Below are positions 38,990-51,958 of a stretch of DNA of 64,000 nucleotides, in pieces. The stretch lies in NCBI RefSeq assembly GCF_018350175.1, contig NC_058368.1, positions 172,486,001-172,550,000 on the forward strand. The letters run 5' to 3'. The stretch's first letter is position 1; each line of letters begins with the position of its first letter. The DNA is from Felis catus. Taxonomy: Eukaryota. Made by a program: the position numbers and the translations under genes. Under the pieces are notes generated by a model that did no database searches, was not told the origin of the DNA, and saw nothing but the letters and a program-made list of their open reading frames with translations.

Positions 38990-39390
38990 ATGGCAGATTA
39001 AATTATTAGTCTTAATTTTTCATTCCCCTGGAGTAGTGCTATACATCCATACCCTTGCCTTGACCTCAGGGCTAAGGACACTCATGGTAGGTATGTCTTT
39101 CCTTTTCCCTTAACTTTAGGCTTGACATCAAACTTGCTTTGGTTCCCTGAGATGTTAGCATATATGTATTTATGCAGTTGGGCTTGTCCCCGGCCACTTT
39201 TCCCTTCATTGTGAGAAGAACAAACCACAGTAGCCATTAACCCTCTAATTTGGGCCTCACTTCAGCCAACCTGTAGACCCGTAGCCTAAAAAGAGCCACT
39301 TCAGCGGACCCCAAGATGTATGATCAAGGATAAGTTCTTGTTTCTGCCAGTGAGATTTTGTGATTCCTCCCCAGCAATAACTAACACTGG
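38990..39390 (+). mobile_element. MaLR LTR relic (MLT1-like)
   Basis: cagccaacctgtagacc...gccagtgagattttgtg...gcaataactaac terminus. Confidence 0.5.
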
Positions 39391-39811
39391 AACAGTGTTT
39401 TGTTTTGTTTTAGTGCATTCATACGCTTATCTTTTTTTCCCTTCCCTGAATACAACCTAATACTCAGCTGGATTCATCCAAGACTTCAGGATGTTAGGAT
39501 CGCTAAAGCAGTAATCCAAATAGAAGGCAAGGGTCAATGTTCTAATATAAAAATGTTATATTCTAATATAGAAATTTCTTTTTTATATTTTCAGATAATA
39601 GTCTTAACAGTTAGGCTTGGTAGGAAATAAAGAGGTTTTCTAAATTCCAGAAGTTCACGTAAAAAGATGTCACTAACATTTTCTGAATGGTAGGAAAATG
39701 GTGTCTTCACTCTTATGTTTGCCTATCTGTATTTTGTAACTTTCTATAACATACTCCACCACTTTCATAAATTCCTATGTCATTTTTCAGGTTTTAAAAA
39801 TGAGAATAATA

Positions 39812-40020
39812 GGGGCACCTGGGTGGCTCAGTCGGTTAAGAGTCAACTTCAGCTCAGGTCACCATCCCACGGTTCGTGGGTTAGAGCCCTGTGTTGGGCT
39901 CTGTGCTGACAGCTCAGGGCCTGGAGCCTGCTTCAGATTCTGTGTCTCCCTGTCTCTCGGCCCCTCCCCCACTCACACTCTGTCTCTCTCTCTCTCAAAA
40001 ATAAATAAACATTAAAAAAA
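39812..40020 (+). mobile_element. CanSINE, followed by a MIR tail to about 40135
   Basis: TSD tgagaataata. Confidence 0.9.
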
Positions 40021-40552
40021 CCTGAGAATAATAAAAGCACCTATCTCAGAGCAGTTTTCTGAGAATAAATGACACAATGCATGTAAAGCACTTAACAGTT
40101 CCTGGCACATATTAAGTACTCAATAAATAGTATCCATTAATGATTACGTTATAACTATTGATCGCACATCTTTCACAATGCCCCAGTTTCATGATTAAGT
40201 CTTTAGTAATTAAGCACAAACTGCTCAGGGGAAAACAAGTGCTAACTGACTACCTCACTAAGTGGAGACATCTGTCTGCAGAGGATGCCTTTCCTCTGCC
40301 TGTGGCACACTTATGGGCGCACCCTGGTGAGAAACCCAACTCTGTCCAGACTTGTGAAGCTCCAGTCTACAAAAAGTGGCTTAAATAAAGAATTTGTGTT
40401 CTAGAAAAGCCACCTCTGAAGAGAGTGCGTAATGATACACTTTTATTTTAAAACTGGGCCGCTGAGAGGCTCATCTAAAAGATCAAAAACAAAATACATT
40501 GCCCTCAACTAAATATAGTCAAATTGTAATCTTTAAATAGAAATACGAGTTT

Positions 40553-40782
40553 CTTTCTTTTTTTAAAATTTTTTAAAATGTTTTTATTTATTTTTGACAC
40601 AGAGAGAAGACAGAGCGTGAATAGGGGAGGGGCAGAGAGAGAGGGAGACACAGAATCTGAAGCAGGCTCCAGGCTCTGAGCTGTCAGCACAGAGCCCAAT
40701 GTGGGGCTCGAACTCACAGACTGCAAGATCATGCCCTGAGCCGAAGTCGGAGGCTCAACCGACTGAGCCACCCAGGTGCCCC
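40553..40782 (-). mobile_element. CanSINE
   Basis: TSD agaa(a/g)ta(c/t)gagtttct. Confidence 0.95.
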
Positions 40783-43679
40783 AGAAGTATGAGTTTCTAA
40801 AAACTAAATGAAAGCTAAATTCTTTCAGCTAGTTCTTCAGAACTAGCAATAACAGCCGACATGCCTGCAGAGGCAGTGCTATTATCCCCATTTCACAGGT
40901 AAGGATGTGAAGGCTGAAAGAGGCACAGCACTATTATGTGGCAGAGCCAAGAACCTAAATCTGGAATCAGTCTGATTCCAACGCTCTTACCCTTTCCCTT
41001 CTATCATCCACCATCTTGAATGTCAGCAATACCTAAATTTTGGCAGGTGAACACAAGTGAGGACAGCTTGACTCAATATCATTAATTAATAATACTTTTA
41101 TATTAAACCAGAAAGACTATATATACCTATACATTATTACCTACTATGTTAAATATGGATGGAATAATAAATTACTTTTTGTTATTAACATGATGAGAAA
41201 ACTAAGTTACACGAGAAGAAAAAAAACTCCCAAAGCTCTCCTTTACATACCAGGAGCTAAGCCTACAGAACTTGGATCACAGAGTTTTACCATGAGCCAT
41301 TGTGCTAGGTTGTTTAAAATGGCTCTCGGTGAATTATACTCTCCTGTGACTGTGCGCCTCTACAATGTGCCTTGACTATCCCTCCCTTCAACAGGCAGAG
41401 GCGATTTCCCTGCCCTTGAATCTGCGTTGGCTTTGTGACTTACTTGGACCAATGGCATGTGCCAGAAAGAATATTTCAAGATTGCTGAATACAGGCCTTA
41501 GGAAGCCTTGTAGCTTCCACTGTCAGCACAAGTCCGTCCAATCCAGGCAATCCTGTAGCCCACTCAGGCCCACAGGTGAGCTCTTCCTTCTGACAGCAGT
41601 TAGCCCCTGCACCATTCACTCAGGGCCTATACACAGTTGCATGACAACTTTTGGATGCAATTTTGGAAACTTGCATTTCTCTCCCTCTCTTGTTATTATT
41701 TTCACATGCTCGAGTCTAACCTTCCCAATGTGACCACAAGGTCCTGGACGCCAGTGTGGGCCATGCATCAATCTCCCTTAAGATCTGTGCCGCACCTAGG
41801 ACATTGCCCTATGCATGGCAGAGCTCCATGACATTTGTTTTGATGGACTGATTTATAAAATTCTCAGAAGTTAAAAATGATCACTCTTTGGAAGGGAGTT
41901 CCCAATTTATTTGATATTTCCCCACATATACCTCTCCTGGTATTTTCTCACATAAGGCAGCACACGGATGCTCAGTAAGTATGAATGACCAATGGGCACC
42001 ATAAAAACAACAGCCCTGTAGCCTTAGTGACAGAGCAGCATGACAGTTTCTTTGCTCTAGGCCAGGAACATCTCTCAGAGGAAGAGATACTAAACAGCAG
42101 TTGTCCCAGACCAAGATCATTTAGTGAAGTACTATCTCAGTAGCAGCAACATCTCACAGAAGACACTTGCATTCAATCCAAAACTCAACCAAAATTTTGT
42201 ACATTATTTCAGAAAATACATTCATTCATTATAGAAAATGTAGACAAGCAAAAAGAAGAAAATATGAATTACATGCAGTCACTCTACCCAGCAATAACCA
42301 CAGTGAACATTTTGGTTAATTTCACAAAATTTTGGTGAACATTTCTACCTCTAAAGTTCTTCTAAATAAATAAATGTCCTCTAAACCCGTTTTTTACTTT
42401 CATCATTTCTACAAGGTTTTTCATATTTATTCATATTCATGTATGCATATCTTATCTTCAGAAGATGTTACCATGAGCAAGAAAGGATTCCAGTTCATAA
42501 AAGAGGAACTGGCAAGTCAGATAATATTTAGTTCTGTAGAGAACACCAGTCACCAGGCAGCAAAATTAAAATATGACTGAAGACCGATGACTCTAGCTCA
42601 AAACTGCATGTTTTTGCAATGTACAGCTATTACTTTATATATAAAAGCCTCTTTGTCTCTTGACTATTCTTCTTCCTTTAACTTATAAAGAAATTGAGTA
42701 GGAAGTGGAAATTCAATGAAGCTATTTATCATTCAGGGAAATTCACAGCCTAACATCAGGAATAGCTAATGGAAAAGATGGGCTTACATCTACAGAGGCT
42801 CAGAGGCAGAGAAAAACATTATTCTTCCCCACAATGATACTAAATCCCAAATCCAGTTGGAATGAAGGCTGAGCAAAAGCAATCATTACTTTGAGTAAGA
42901 GGTAGATGCCTCTATTCATAATTCTCAGCAGACACCTTTGTAGGTAGGCCAGAAGGAGTTGCTTATGAAAGAACTCAAAAAAAGTCTGAAAGTTCACTTT
43001 GCCCCTAACTGTTCAATTGGAGTCACACAAAAAAATGTAATTTACAAGACTCTAATTTCAGTTCTATAAATATTCAAAGTGTGAAAAATCATAAATAAGA
43101 CATAAAAAAAGCCAGGCTCTGGGCTACTGTTGGTAATTTCTGGGGATAGCTGTTGGATGGAATGAATACATCTGCCTTTCATCATTGCTCCCAAGTGAAA
43201 TAATTAAAGTGATGAACAAAACAAATAGGGAAATAAGGAAACAAACCCATAGTTAAGATAAAAAGAGAAGAGCTTATCAAAGATAAGGGATTTCAACAAA
43301 TTCCAGCAACATGTAAGAGAGATGGGAGCAGCTAGCCAGGATGATGAATGGTAATATTTAGAGCTGTGTACAGCGGGGTGGCCTTACCTTTCATAGCATG
43401 GAATACAGAGATATTGTTCACGTTGATATATCAGGATACAAGGTATAAGTACTTATGGAAAAAATGATCAGGAGAACTAAAAGCACAATTGGGTAGAAAG
43501 AAACTACCCTAGGGAGTGGTGTGGGCGTGGGGAGGGAGGGAGGGCAGAAGACTTGCATTTTGTCACAAGCTCTTCTGTACCATTTTATTTTGTTTTTTTT
43601 TTTTACCACGTGCATGAAGTGCTTTGATAAGTCATGTTTTCAAATTTTAAAAAACCAAATAAGTCATTAATTTAATTTG

Positions 43680-43988
43680 AGATATGAGAGACAAAAGATT
43701 AGTATTTAAATATAAAATGAATTCCTACAACGCAATAAGAAAAAGATAACAACCCCACTGAAAAATGGGCAGAAAATTAACATAAAAGAAAACCTGAATG
43801 GTCAAAAAAGATGTGCAAAGATTCTCAACCTCACTACACACAAGGAAAATGCAAATTAAAGCAAACAATGGGGGCTAGAGTGCCTGAGTGGCTCAGTTGG
43901 TTGAGCGTCATGATCCCAAGTCATGATCCCAGGGTCATGGGATCAACCCCCGTGTTGGGCTCCACACTAAGTATGGAGCTTGCTCAGG

Positions 43989-44036
<48 letters not shown>

Positions 44037-45090
44037 CCTCTCTCCTGCTCATTCTCTTAAACAAACAAACAAACAAACAAATAAATAAATAAATATTAAA
44101 AAATGGGATACCATTTCAACACCAAGGATTGGCAAAAATGATTGTCTGACAATAACAAGTGTTGACAAGGAAGCAGAAACTTTCATGTGTCGTAGGTGGA
44201 AGAAGGATTGGTACCACATCTTTAGAAAGGATGTATGCAACATTTATAATGGTAGGGTTAAACACACATTTGGTGTTGTGGTGTTAAACACACCAGAAAT
44301 TTGACTTTTAGTTAGATATGCTAAAGAAACTTATGCATAGATATAAGGAAAGAAACACAACATTTCACAATATGTGAGCATGTCATATCAGAATGTGACA
44401 GCAAAGATTTGGAAAGAACTTAATAATAATATTATTGGTCATACTGATAAGAATAGCTAATGTGCATTGGATGATTATTGTGTTTCAAGGCCTGACTAGT
44501 GCTTTACATATATTAATTACTGTAATCCTCAAACCTCCTATGAGATTGATACTCTTACTAGCTCCATTTAATAACTGAGGAGTTCAAAGAACAGAAGTGT
44601 GCAGGAACTAGTCCGGATGCCTGCCAACAGAGAATGAATATATAAATTGAGGTTTTGTCAGGTAACAGAATACTACAGAATGAAGTTTTTGAAAGAAATA
44701 TAGGTACTGTATATGATCATAAATAAATCTCAAAAACAGTGATGAGTAAAAACCTCAAATTGAAGAATAATATGAATAGTAGGATAGCACTTATTTAAAG
44801 TTTAAAAATATGCAAAACAACACTATAAATTATATATGGGTTTACACACAAGCAAGTCATTAAAAAAAAGCCAGGAAGCATAAATATCAACTGTAAAGTG
44901 GGGAGGGAGGGAGGAGAATAGGATTGGGGAAGGGTATAAAGGGGATTTAACATGGATTTGTAATATATTAAAAAATCATAGGCAGATATGGTACAATGTT
45001 AACATCTTTTCAATCTGGGTAATGGGTCCATGCATGTTCCTTGCATACTCTGTAATGGTCAGTATTTTAAATATTTCTTAATTTAAAAAC
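43680..45090 (+). mobile_element. Old L1 3' region (L1M-type), interrupted by a CanSINE (43870-44103) and a MIR (about 44450-44610)
   Basis: aaaaatgggcagaa..., ggaaaatgcaaattaaagcaaacaatg and L1 3' UTR-like motifs. Confidence 0.6.
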
Positions 45091-45439
45091 TCTAACATAT
45101 AAAAGCTAATGCAAACAAAACAAATTTGGTCTGAGGCCATGGTTAAAGGGTTAAACAGTTACTATGTCATTCGTATCAGTAAGCACTTACAGGGCATGTT
45201 TCCTGGAATTGATCAAATTAAATGATCCAAAATGTCATTTTGGAACTTTTGTTCACTGTTACTGACTACAGAGCATATGATTATGTTCCTGGCACGATTT
45301 TCTAAGAGTGAAATTACTTGTTGTTAAATGGTGGTATCTCTCAATACAGTTTTCCAAACATCCGTTGAGAAACATCTACCAATTTACAGCCCCACCAGCA
45401 GTGTCTGAGCTGCCCATACTTCAGCTAAGTTTCTGGGGA

Positions 45440-46850
45440 GCATAGTCTCATTCCGATCTCTAAGGCCTTGCTTCTCTTCTCTGCAAAGGTATCCATACCA
45501 CAGAACCCCAGAGACACTTTTCTCAGCACTGACTGCTGCCGTCTTGAAACTCCTCCCTTCAGCCTGGGTAACAGCCCTGTCTTCCAGTTCCCTCCCACCT
45601 CGATTTAACTGCTCCTTCAGAATTCTGGTTCCATATATGCATATTACCCAAGGTTTTCTCCACTGCTGTCCTGTCTATTTTGACACCTTACAGGCTCTCT
45701 GTGGGTGACCTAATCTAAATGTGTGGCCTTATCTATCACTGGGCACACTGACTCCCGAATCTCCACCTCCACTTTAGTAGCAATCCGTTTTCTATTGGGG
45801 AGCTACACTTCGGTGCCATGTATTTATCCTGAACTCAAAATCCTGAATAAATTCATCATCTTCTACCCCTCCCCAGGTTTATTTCTCCTGTCTACATAAA
45901 TTACATCACCCAGTCACCCAAGCCAGAAATCTAGAAGGTGTCTAAGATGTTTCATTCTCATTTATCCTCATGTGCAAGCAGTCACCAAGACGAGAGATTC
46001 TGTAGTCTAAACAGTGCTCACATGCATCCCATCCTGGTCATGCTTGCCACTCAACCATTTTCCGTCTGGTTTACCACAGTAGTACAATGACTGCATCTCC
46101 TCCTCTCCAACGGGCAGCCAATGAATTACTCTTCCCTGCTTAAAATCCTTTATTTGTTCCTCCCAAGACTGTTAGCTCCACACCCATGCTTCTCACTTCC
46201 TAACCAAGGCCCATCAGAATATGGCCCAGCCTCTCTAGCCCCATCCTTCTGCCCAAGTAGGCAACCTGCATTCTAGCTCCACTGGATTGCTTTTAGTTTC
46301 TAGAAGAGGCAGTTGTTTTACATGCCCATGCTTTGCACGTTTGTCCCTCTGCTTAGAGCATCCTTTCCTTTTCCTTTCTCCAAACTCCAACCCGTGCTTC
46401 ATAATCCACTTGAACAGCATCTCCTTCAGAATCTTCCCTAAGTCTCTCAGGTACTGATGGCCCTTATCTTGTGTCACTTGTGCTCACTTTGATCACATAC
46501 TCTACTCTACAGTAATTATTTATTTTCTCTTTCTTCTACCGGACCAGAGGTTGGCAACTAAGGCCTGCAGCCGAATCCAGACCATTGCCTGTTTTTGTAA
46601 ATCAAGTTTATTGGAATGTAGTTATACCCATTTGTCTAGATATTGCCTATGGCTACTCTCTCACTACAACAGAATTGAATAGTTACAACAGAGACTATAT
46701 GGCTCATAAAACCAAAAATAATTTCCAGAAAAAGTAATTTCCAGAAAAAGTTTGTGAACTCCCCTACTAGATTATAAATTTGTAGAGGATAGGGCTCATT
46801 CTTTGTTCATCTTCCAATCCCTAACACCTGGAATATAATAAGTGCTAAAT
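45440..46850. mobile_element. L2 relic
   Basis: Pyrimidine-rich L2 motifs (cacccagtcacccaagccagaaatctag, cctgcttaaaatcctt) and L2 tail taagtgctaaataaata. Confidence 0.6.
46545..46765. mobile_element. hAT-Charlie MITE (MER58-like) inserted in the L2
   Basis: cagaggttggcaact...cctgtttttgtaaatcaagtttattggaa...aaaagtttgtgaactcccct. Confidence 0.7.
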
Positions 46851-47551
46851 AAATAAATAAGTAGATAAATAAAATGTTAAATTTTAAGTAAAAAGAAGCT
46901 TCAATCCCATTTCTCCTTTGCTTCTTGTAAATCTCAATTTGCAATCACAAATCAAAACAAAATAAGTTGATATCATTAGATTTAAAAGTATCTTCTTGTA
47001 TATATGCTGGCTCCATATCCCTTAAGCCTTTCTATGCTAGTAGCACTCAACTCTGGCAGCATGCATAATTACCTGGAGTGATTAAAACATATTGATACTC
47101 GTGCCCCATGACAAACTAAATCAGGATGGGGCAGGTTTGGGCAGCATCAGTATTTGCTAAAAGGCTTCCTAAGTGATTCAGAGTAGAACTTTGGTTCTAT
47201 ACCAATAGTACTAAGGAATGAGGGCTTTAAGGCAACCCAGAAATCTTAGTAATCGAAATCAACCAAACATACTAGGTTGTGATAATTCATGTACTTGCAG
47301 GATGAAGGGAAATAGATATTTTCAAAAGATTATCTATGGAAGTGGAACAAAAAGTATTCTGCTAGAATTTAAGCTCCATGAGGATGGAGAATTTTATCTG
47401 TTTTGTTCACTGTTGTATTCCCAATATCGAGAACATTACCTGGGATATAACAGGTTATCATAAATAAATGATGAGTGTATGAATGATTTTTTCATTTCAC
47501 TTTTTATCAACCAGAAGCCCCTAGTTGGAAATATTCCACTTAATTGAAATT

Positions 47552-47736
47552 ATATATATATTACATATATTTTATACATATATTACATATTTTATATGTA
47601 TTATATATAATATGCATATGTATATATACAACATATATACATATATGTATATGTATATATACAATATATAATATGTATATGTACATATAATATGTATTAC
47701 ATATAATATTACATATATTGCATACATATAAATTGC

Positions 47737-47767
<31 letters not shown>

Positions 47768-47770
47768 TAT
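47552..47770. repeat. AT-rich (TA/TACA) low-complexity tract ending in (CA)n
   Basis: Read directly. Confidence 0.9.
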
Positions 47771-47844
47771 GAAGGCAAATTGGCAAATACAGTCTCCAGT
47801 TATTCAACAGACAACTTTCTTTAGAGTCACAATCACATTCTATA

Positions 47845-47957
47845 ATTTTTTAAAGTTTATTTATTCAAATAATCTCTATACCCAATGTGGGGCTTGAACT
47901 CACAACCCTGATGATCAACAGCCACACATTCTTCCAACTGAGCTAGCCAGGTGCCCC
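47845..47957 (-). mobile_element. Short CanSINE variant
   Basis: aatctctatacccaatgtggggcttgaactc...gccaggtgcccc; TSD ttcta(t/c)aattt. Confidence 0.85.
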
Positions 47958-48404
47958 AATGTTCTACAATTTAAAATGGTGCTTTGGGGAAGGCAAAGAC
48001 AAACTGCTATGGATAAATGTATCCCAGCTCCTTTTAAAAATTCAATCCTTATTTTTTAAAAAAGGTCAGTAATACAAGCAATCCAATTAAAAAATGGGCA
48101 GAGGACCTGAATAGACATTTTTTCAAAGAAGACATACAGATGGCCAACAGATATGGGAAATGATGCTCAACATCACTAATCATTAGGGAAATGGAAGTGC
48201 AAATTAAAACCACAATGACATATGACCTTATACCTGTCAGAACGACTAGAATCAAAAAGACAAGAAATAACAAGTGTTGGTGAGGATGTGGAGAAAAAGG
48301 AACGCTTGTACACTGTTAGTGGGAATGCAAATTGGGGGAGCCACTGTGGAAAACAGTATGGAGGTTCCTCAAACAATTAAAAATAGAAATATCAGGGGCA
48401 TCCA

Positions 48405-48620
48405 GGGGTGCCTGGGTGGCTCACTTGGTTGAACGGCCAACTTCAGCTCAGCTCATGATCTCGTGGTCTATGGGTTCGAGCCTCGCATCGGGCTCTGCGC
48501 TGGCAGCTCAGAGCCTGGAGTGTGTTTCTGATTCTGTGTGTGTCTCTCTCTCTACCCCTCCCCTGGTTGCTCTGTTTCTCTGTCTCTCTCTCCCTCTCTC
48601 TCAAATAATAAACATTAAAA

Positions 48621-48701
<81 letters not shown>
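48405..48701 (+). mobile_element. CanSINE with a (GAAA)n tail
   Basis: TSD agaaatatcaggggcatc at 48385-48402 and 48702-48719. Confidence 0.95.
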
Positions 48702-48704
<3 letters not shown>

Positions 48705-48711
48705 AATATCA

Positions 48712-48850
48712 GGGGCATCTGTCTGGCTCAGTTGGAAGAGAATATGACTCTCGATCTTGGGGTTGTAAGTTTGAGCCTCATGTTGGGTGTAGCAATTACT
48801 TAAAAATAAAATCTTAAATTAATTAATTAATTAATTAATTAATAAAATAG
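48712..48850 (+). mobile_element. Short CanSINE variant with a (TTAA)n tail
   Basis: TSD aatagaaata(t/c)ca within the host L1. Confidence 0.85.
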
Positions 48851-49488
48851 GAATAGAAATACCATATGATCCAGTAATTCCATTACTGGGTATTTACACA
48901 ATGAAAACAAAAACACTAATCTGAAAAGATATATGTACCCCTATGTTTCCTGCAGCATTACTTACAATAGCCAAATTATGGAAGCAACCCAAGTATCCAC
49001 TGATAGATGAATGGATAAAAAGATGATGTTGTCACAAATGGCAGGATTCCTTCTTTCGCATGGCTGAACGGTATTCCATTATAGATGTATATACCACATG
49101 CATATGGCTATTACTTGGCCATAAGAAGGAATGAGATCTTGCTATTTGCAACAACATGGATGGACCTAAAATATATAATGCTAAGTGAAATAGACAAAGA
49201 AAGACAAATACCATATGATTTCACTCATAAGTGGAATTTAAGAAATAAAACAAATGAACAAACTAAGGGAAAAAAGACAAACAGACAAAAACAGACTTAA
49301 ATACAGAGAACATACTGGTGATTTCCAGAGGGGAGGTGGGAGGGGAATGGGTGAAATAGGTGAAGAGGATCAAGAGTACATTTATTGTGATAACACTGAG
49401 TAACGTACAGAATTGTTGAATCACTATATTTTACACCTGAAACTAATATAACACTGTATGTTAATTACATTTCAATTAAAAATATTTT

Positions 49489-49700
49489 GGGGGAGCGCCT
49501 GGGTGGCTCAGTCAGTTGAGCATCTGACTCTTGATTTTGGCTCAGGTCATGATCCCATGGTTGTGGGATCGAGCCCCGTGTTGGGCTCCACACTGAGCGT
49601 GGAGCCTGCTTGAAGTTCTCTCTATCTCCCTCTGCCCCTCTCCCCCATTCATGCAATCTCTCTCTTTCTCTCTCTTTAAAATAAAAAAATTTTAATTAAA
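49489..49700 (+). mobile_element. CanSINE inserted in the L1 tail
   Basis: Full structure; flanks aattaaaaata. Confidence 0.9.
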
Positions 49701-50291
49701 AAATATGGTTTTAATTAAAAATTTTGGAAAGGTCAGCTGTAGTTCGCAAACACATGGAATGAGATTATGAAAAGCCATGAAAGAAAGAGAAATGCCATAA
49801 CAAACAAAACACCATACGACACGCATCCTAAGAAATTAACTGAAATCATCTTGGACCTCCCACTATGGTCTTAAAGCCAAGTCAGCAAAAGTAATAAACA
49901 TCTGAGACTGGCTCAAAGTTTAACATATTCACTCTCTCTCCCTCTCCTTGTCTGTCTGCCTGTCTCTCTCTCTCATAAAAACATACAGCTAGAAATGATA
50001 AAGCTGTTGACCTAATTTTTATTATATCTGAAAAATGCTTTTGGTTGAGGTTACCAAATTGAAAATAAATATGGAAAAACAGGAAAGACAACATAAAAGT
50101 TGAGATTGAAAGAAGAAACAACACTTTATTATCTAATTTATATTACAGAGATCATTTTTTATAAATTCCACACCCAGTGGAACATTGAGATAAAACTTTT
50201 TGTAAAACCAGAATCTCCAACTACTGACCTTCTCAATATTGTCTATGCTGAAACCTGTTTTAACTCTTGTGAATTAATACTTATGGTCTTG

Positions 50292-50514
50292 CATTGTGCT
50301 GTTCAATAGGGTAGTCACTACACACAGGTGGCTGTTTAAGTTTACATTTAAATTAATTAAAATTAAATACAATTAAAAATTCATTTTCTCAGGTGTGCAA
50401 GCTTAATGGCCACATTTCAAATGTTCAAAAGCCACATGTGTCTAGTGGTTACCACCCTGCCCTGTACAGATAGAGAACATTTCTGTCATAGCAAAAAGTT
50501 CTATTGAATAGCAT
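50292..50514. mobile_element. hAT-Charlie MITE (MER3-like)
   Basis: Terminal inverted ends tgctgttcaatag ... ctattgaatagca; internal aaattaattaaaattaaata. Confidence 0.75.
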
Positions 50515-51242
50515 TAGGAAAATAAAATAGAGTACAATATTCTTAAAAAGCTTCAGGCAATAGTATTAGTCAAGCAAGGAAATTGTTACAAATGTCAGTT
50601 ATGACTTCTAGGTAAAGAAAGAACAATGAAACTGGAGGCATTTCCCCTGTATATAGGGGGGAAAACCATCGAATCATAAATCTGTTGGTTTTCTTTGCAG
50701 CTGACTTTCCAATTTTGGAATTACCCCTATTTGGAAGACACACACAAAAATGCCCACTTTTTACATAAGGAAATCTGATCAGATTCAAATTCATGTCCAA
50801 TACACTACCACTCACACACGCGCGCACACACACACACAGAACTGGAGTTGAAAGATTTATCAGACCTCAGGGGGCAGGTGGAAGGATGTGTTTCCAGAGG
50901 AAGCACCAGCTTTGTCTTCTTAGACTTGAGTTACTGTGATATTAATTCTTTCTGATGTTCAGACTGAACTTCCTGAGAGTTCACGGAAATGATGAATAGC
51001 CAAGATCAGTCACTGACACGATGGTCTCCCTTTCTCCAGGTAAAATGTCAAGAGTGACTAAAAGTCAACATTCAAGAAGAAAGCATCTGCAGACAACTAA
51101 AGTATTACTTTTACATATTTTTAAAAAGCTCTTCTATACTTCCTTTACATGTGACTGTTTTCTAACACTTTTACTCTTCAATGTTTTGGCAATCTATCAA
51201 TTTGGTGTTTCCTATTGATATTCCAAAAGAAGAAAATATACT

Positions 51243-51958
51243 TTAAAAATTTTTTATAATATACTTTTTATATTTATTTATTTTGAAAGAGAGAAAAAGA
51301 GAGGGGGGAAGGAGCAGAGAGAGGGAAAGAGAGAATGAAGAATCCCAAGCAAGCTCCTCACTGTCAGTGCAGAGCCCCACATGGGGCTTGATCCCATGAA
51401 CTGTGAGGTCACACCTGAGCCGAAATCAAGAGTCAGATGCTTAAATGAACGAGCCACTCAGGCACCCCAATAGAAGAAAATATTTTAATGTATTTTTTCC
51501 TTGGATTATTTTTTTTAATGTTAATTTATTTATTTTAAGAGAGAGAGAGCGAGCACGTGTATGAGCAGGGGAGGGGTAGAGACAGAGAAAGAGAGAATCC
51601 CAAGCAGGCTCCACACTGTCAACGCAGGGCCCCACATGGGGGTTCAGTCCCATGAACCATGAGATCATGACCTGAGCTGAAATCAAAAGTCAGAGGCTTA
51701 ACTGACTGAGTCACACAGGTGCCCCGATCAGTAAATTAACATTCAAATTTTTTTTAATGCTTATTTATTTTTGAGAGAGAGAGAGAGACAGAGCGTGAGC
51801 AGGGGAGGGGCAGATAGAGAGGGAGACAGAATCTGAAGCAGGCTCCAGGCTCTGTGCTGTCAGCACAGAGCCCAATGCGGGGCTTGAACCCACAGACTGC
51901 AAGATCATGACCTGAGCCCAAGTTGGACACTCAACCGACTGTGCCACCCAGGTGCCCC
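51243..51958 (-). mobile_element. Three tandem CanSINEs (about 51243-51468, 51508-51725, 51748-51958)
   Basis: Three separate heads and poly-T ends, all in the same orientation. Confidence 0.9.

Larger units (their letters stand above)
48075..49485 (+). mobile_element. 5'-truncated carnivore L1 containing two nested SINEs and an inverted patch
   Basis: aaaatgggcagaggacctgaatagacatttt..., [15 protein letters not shown], and 3' UTR acacctgaaactaatataacactgtatgttaa. Confidence 0.9.
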
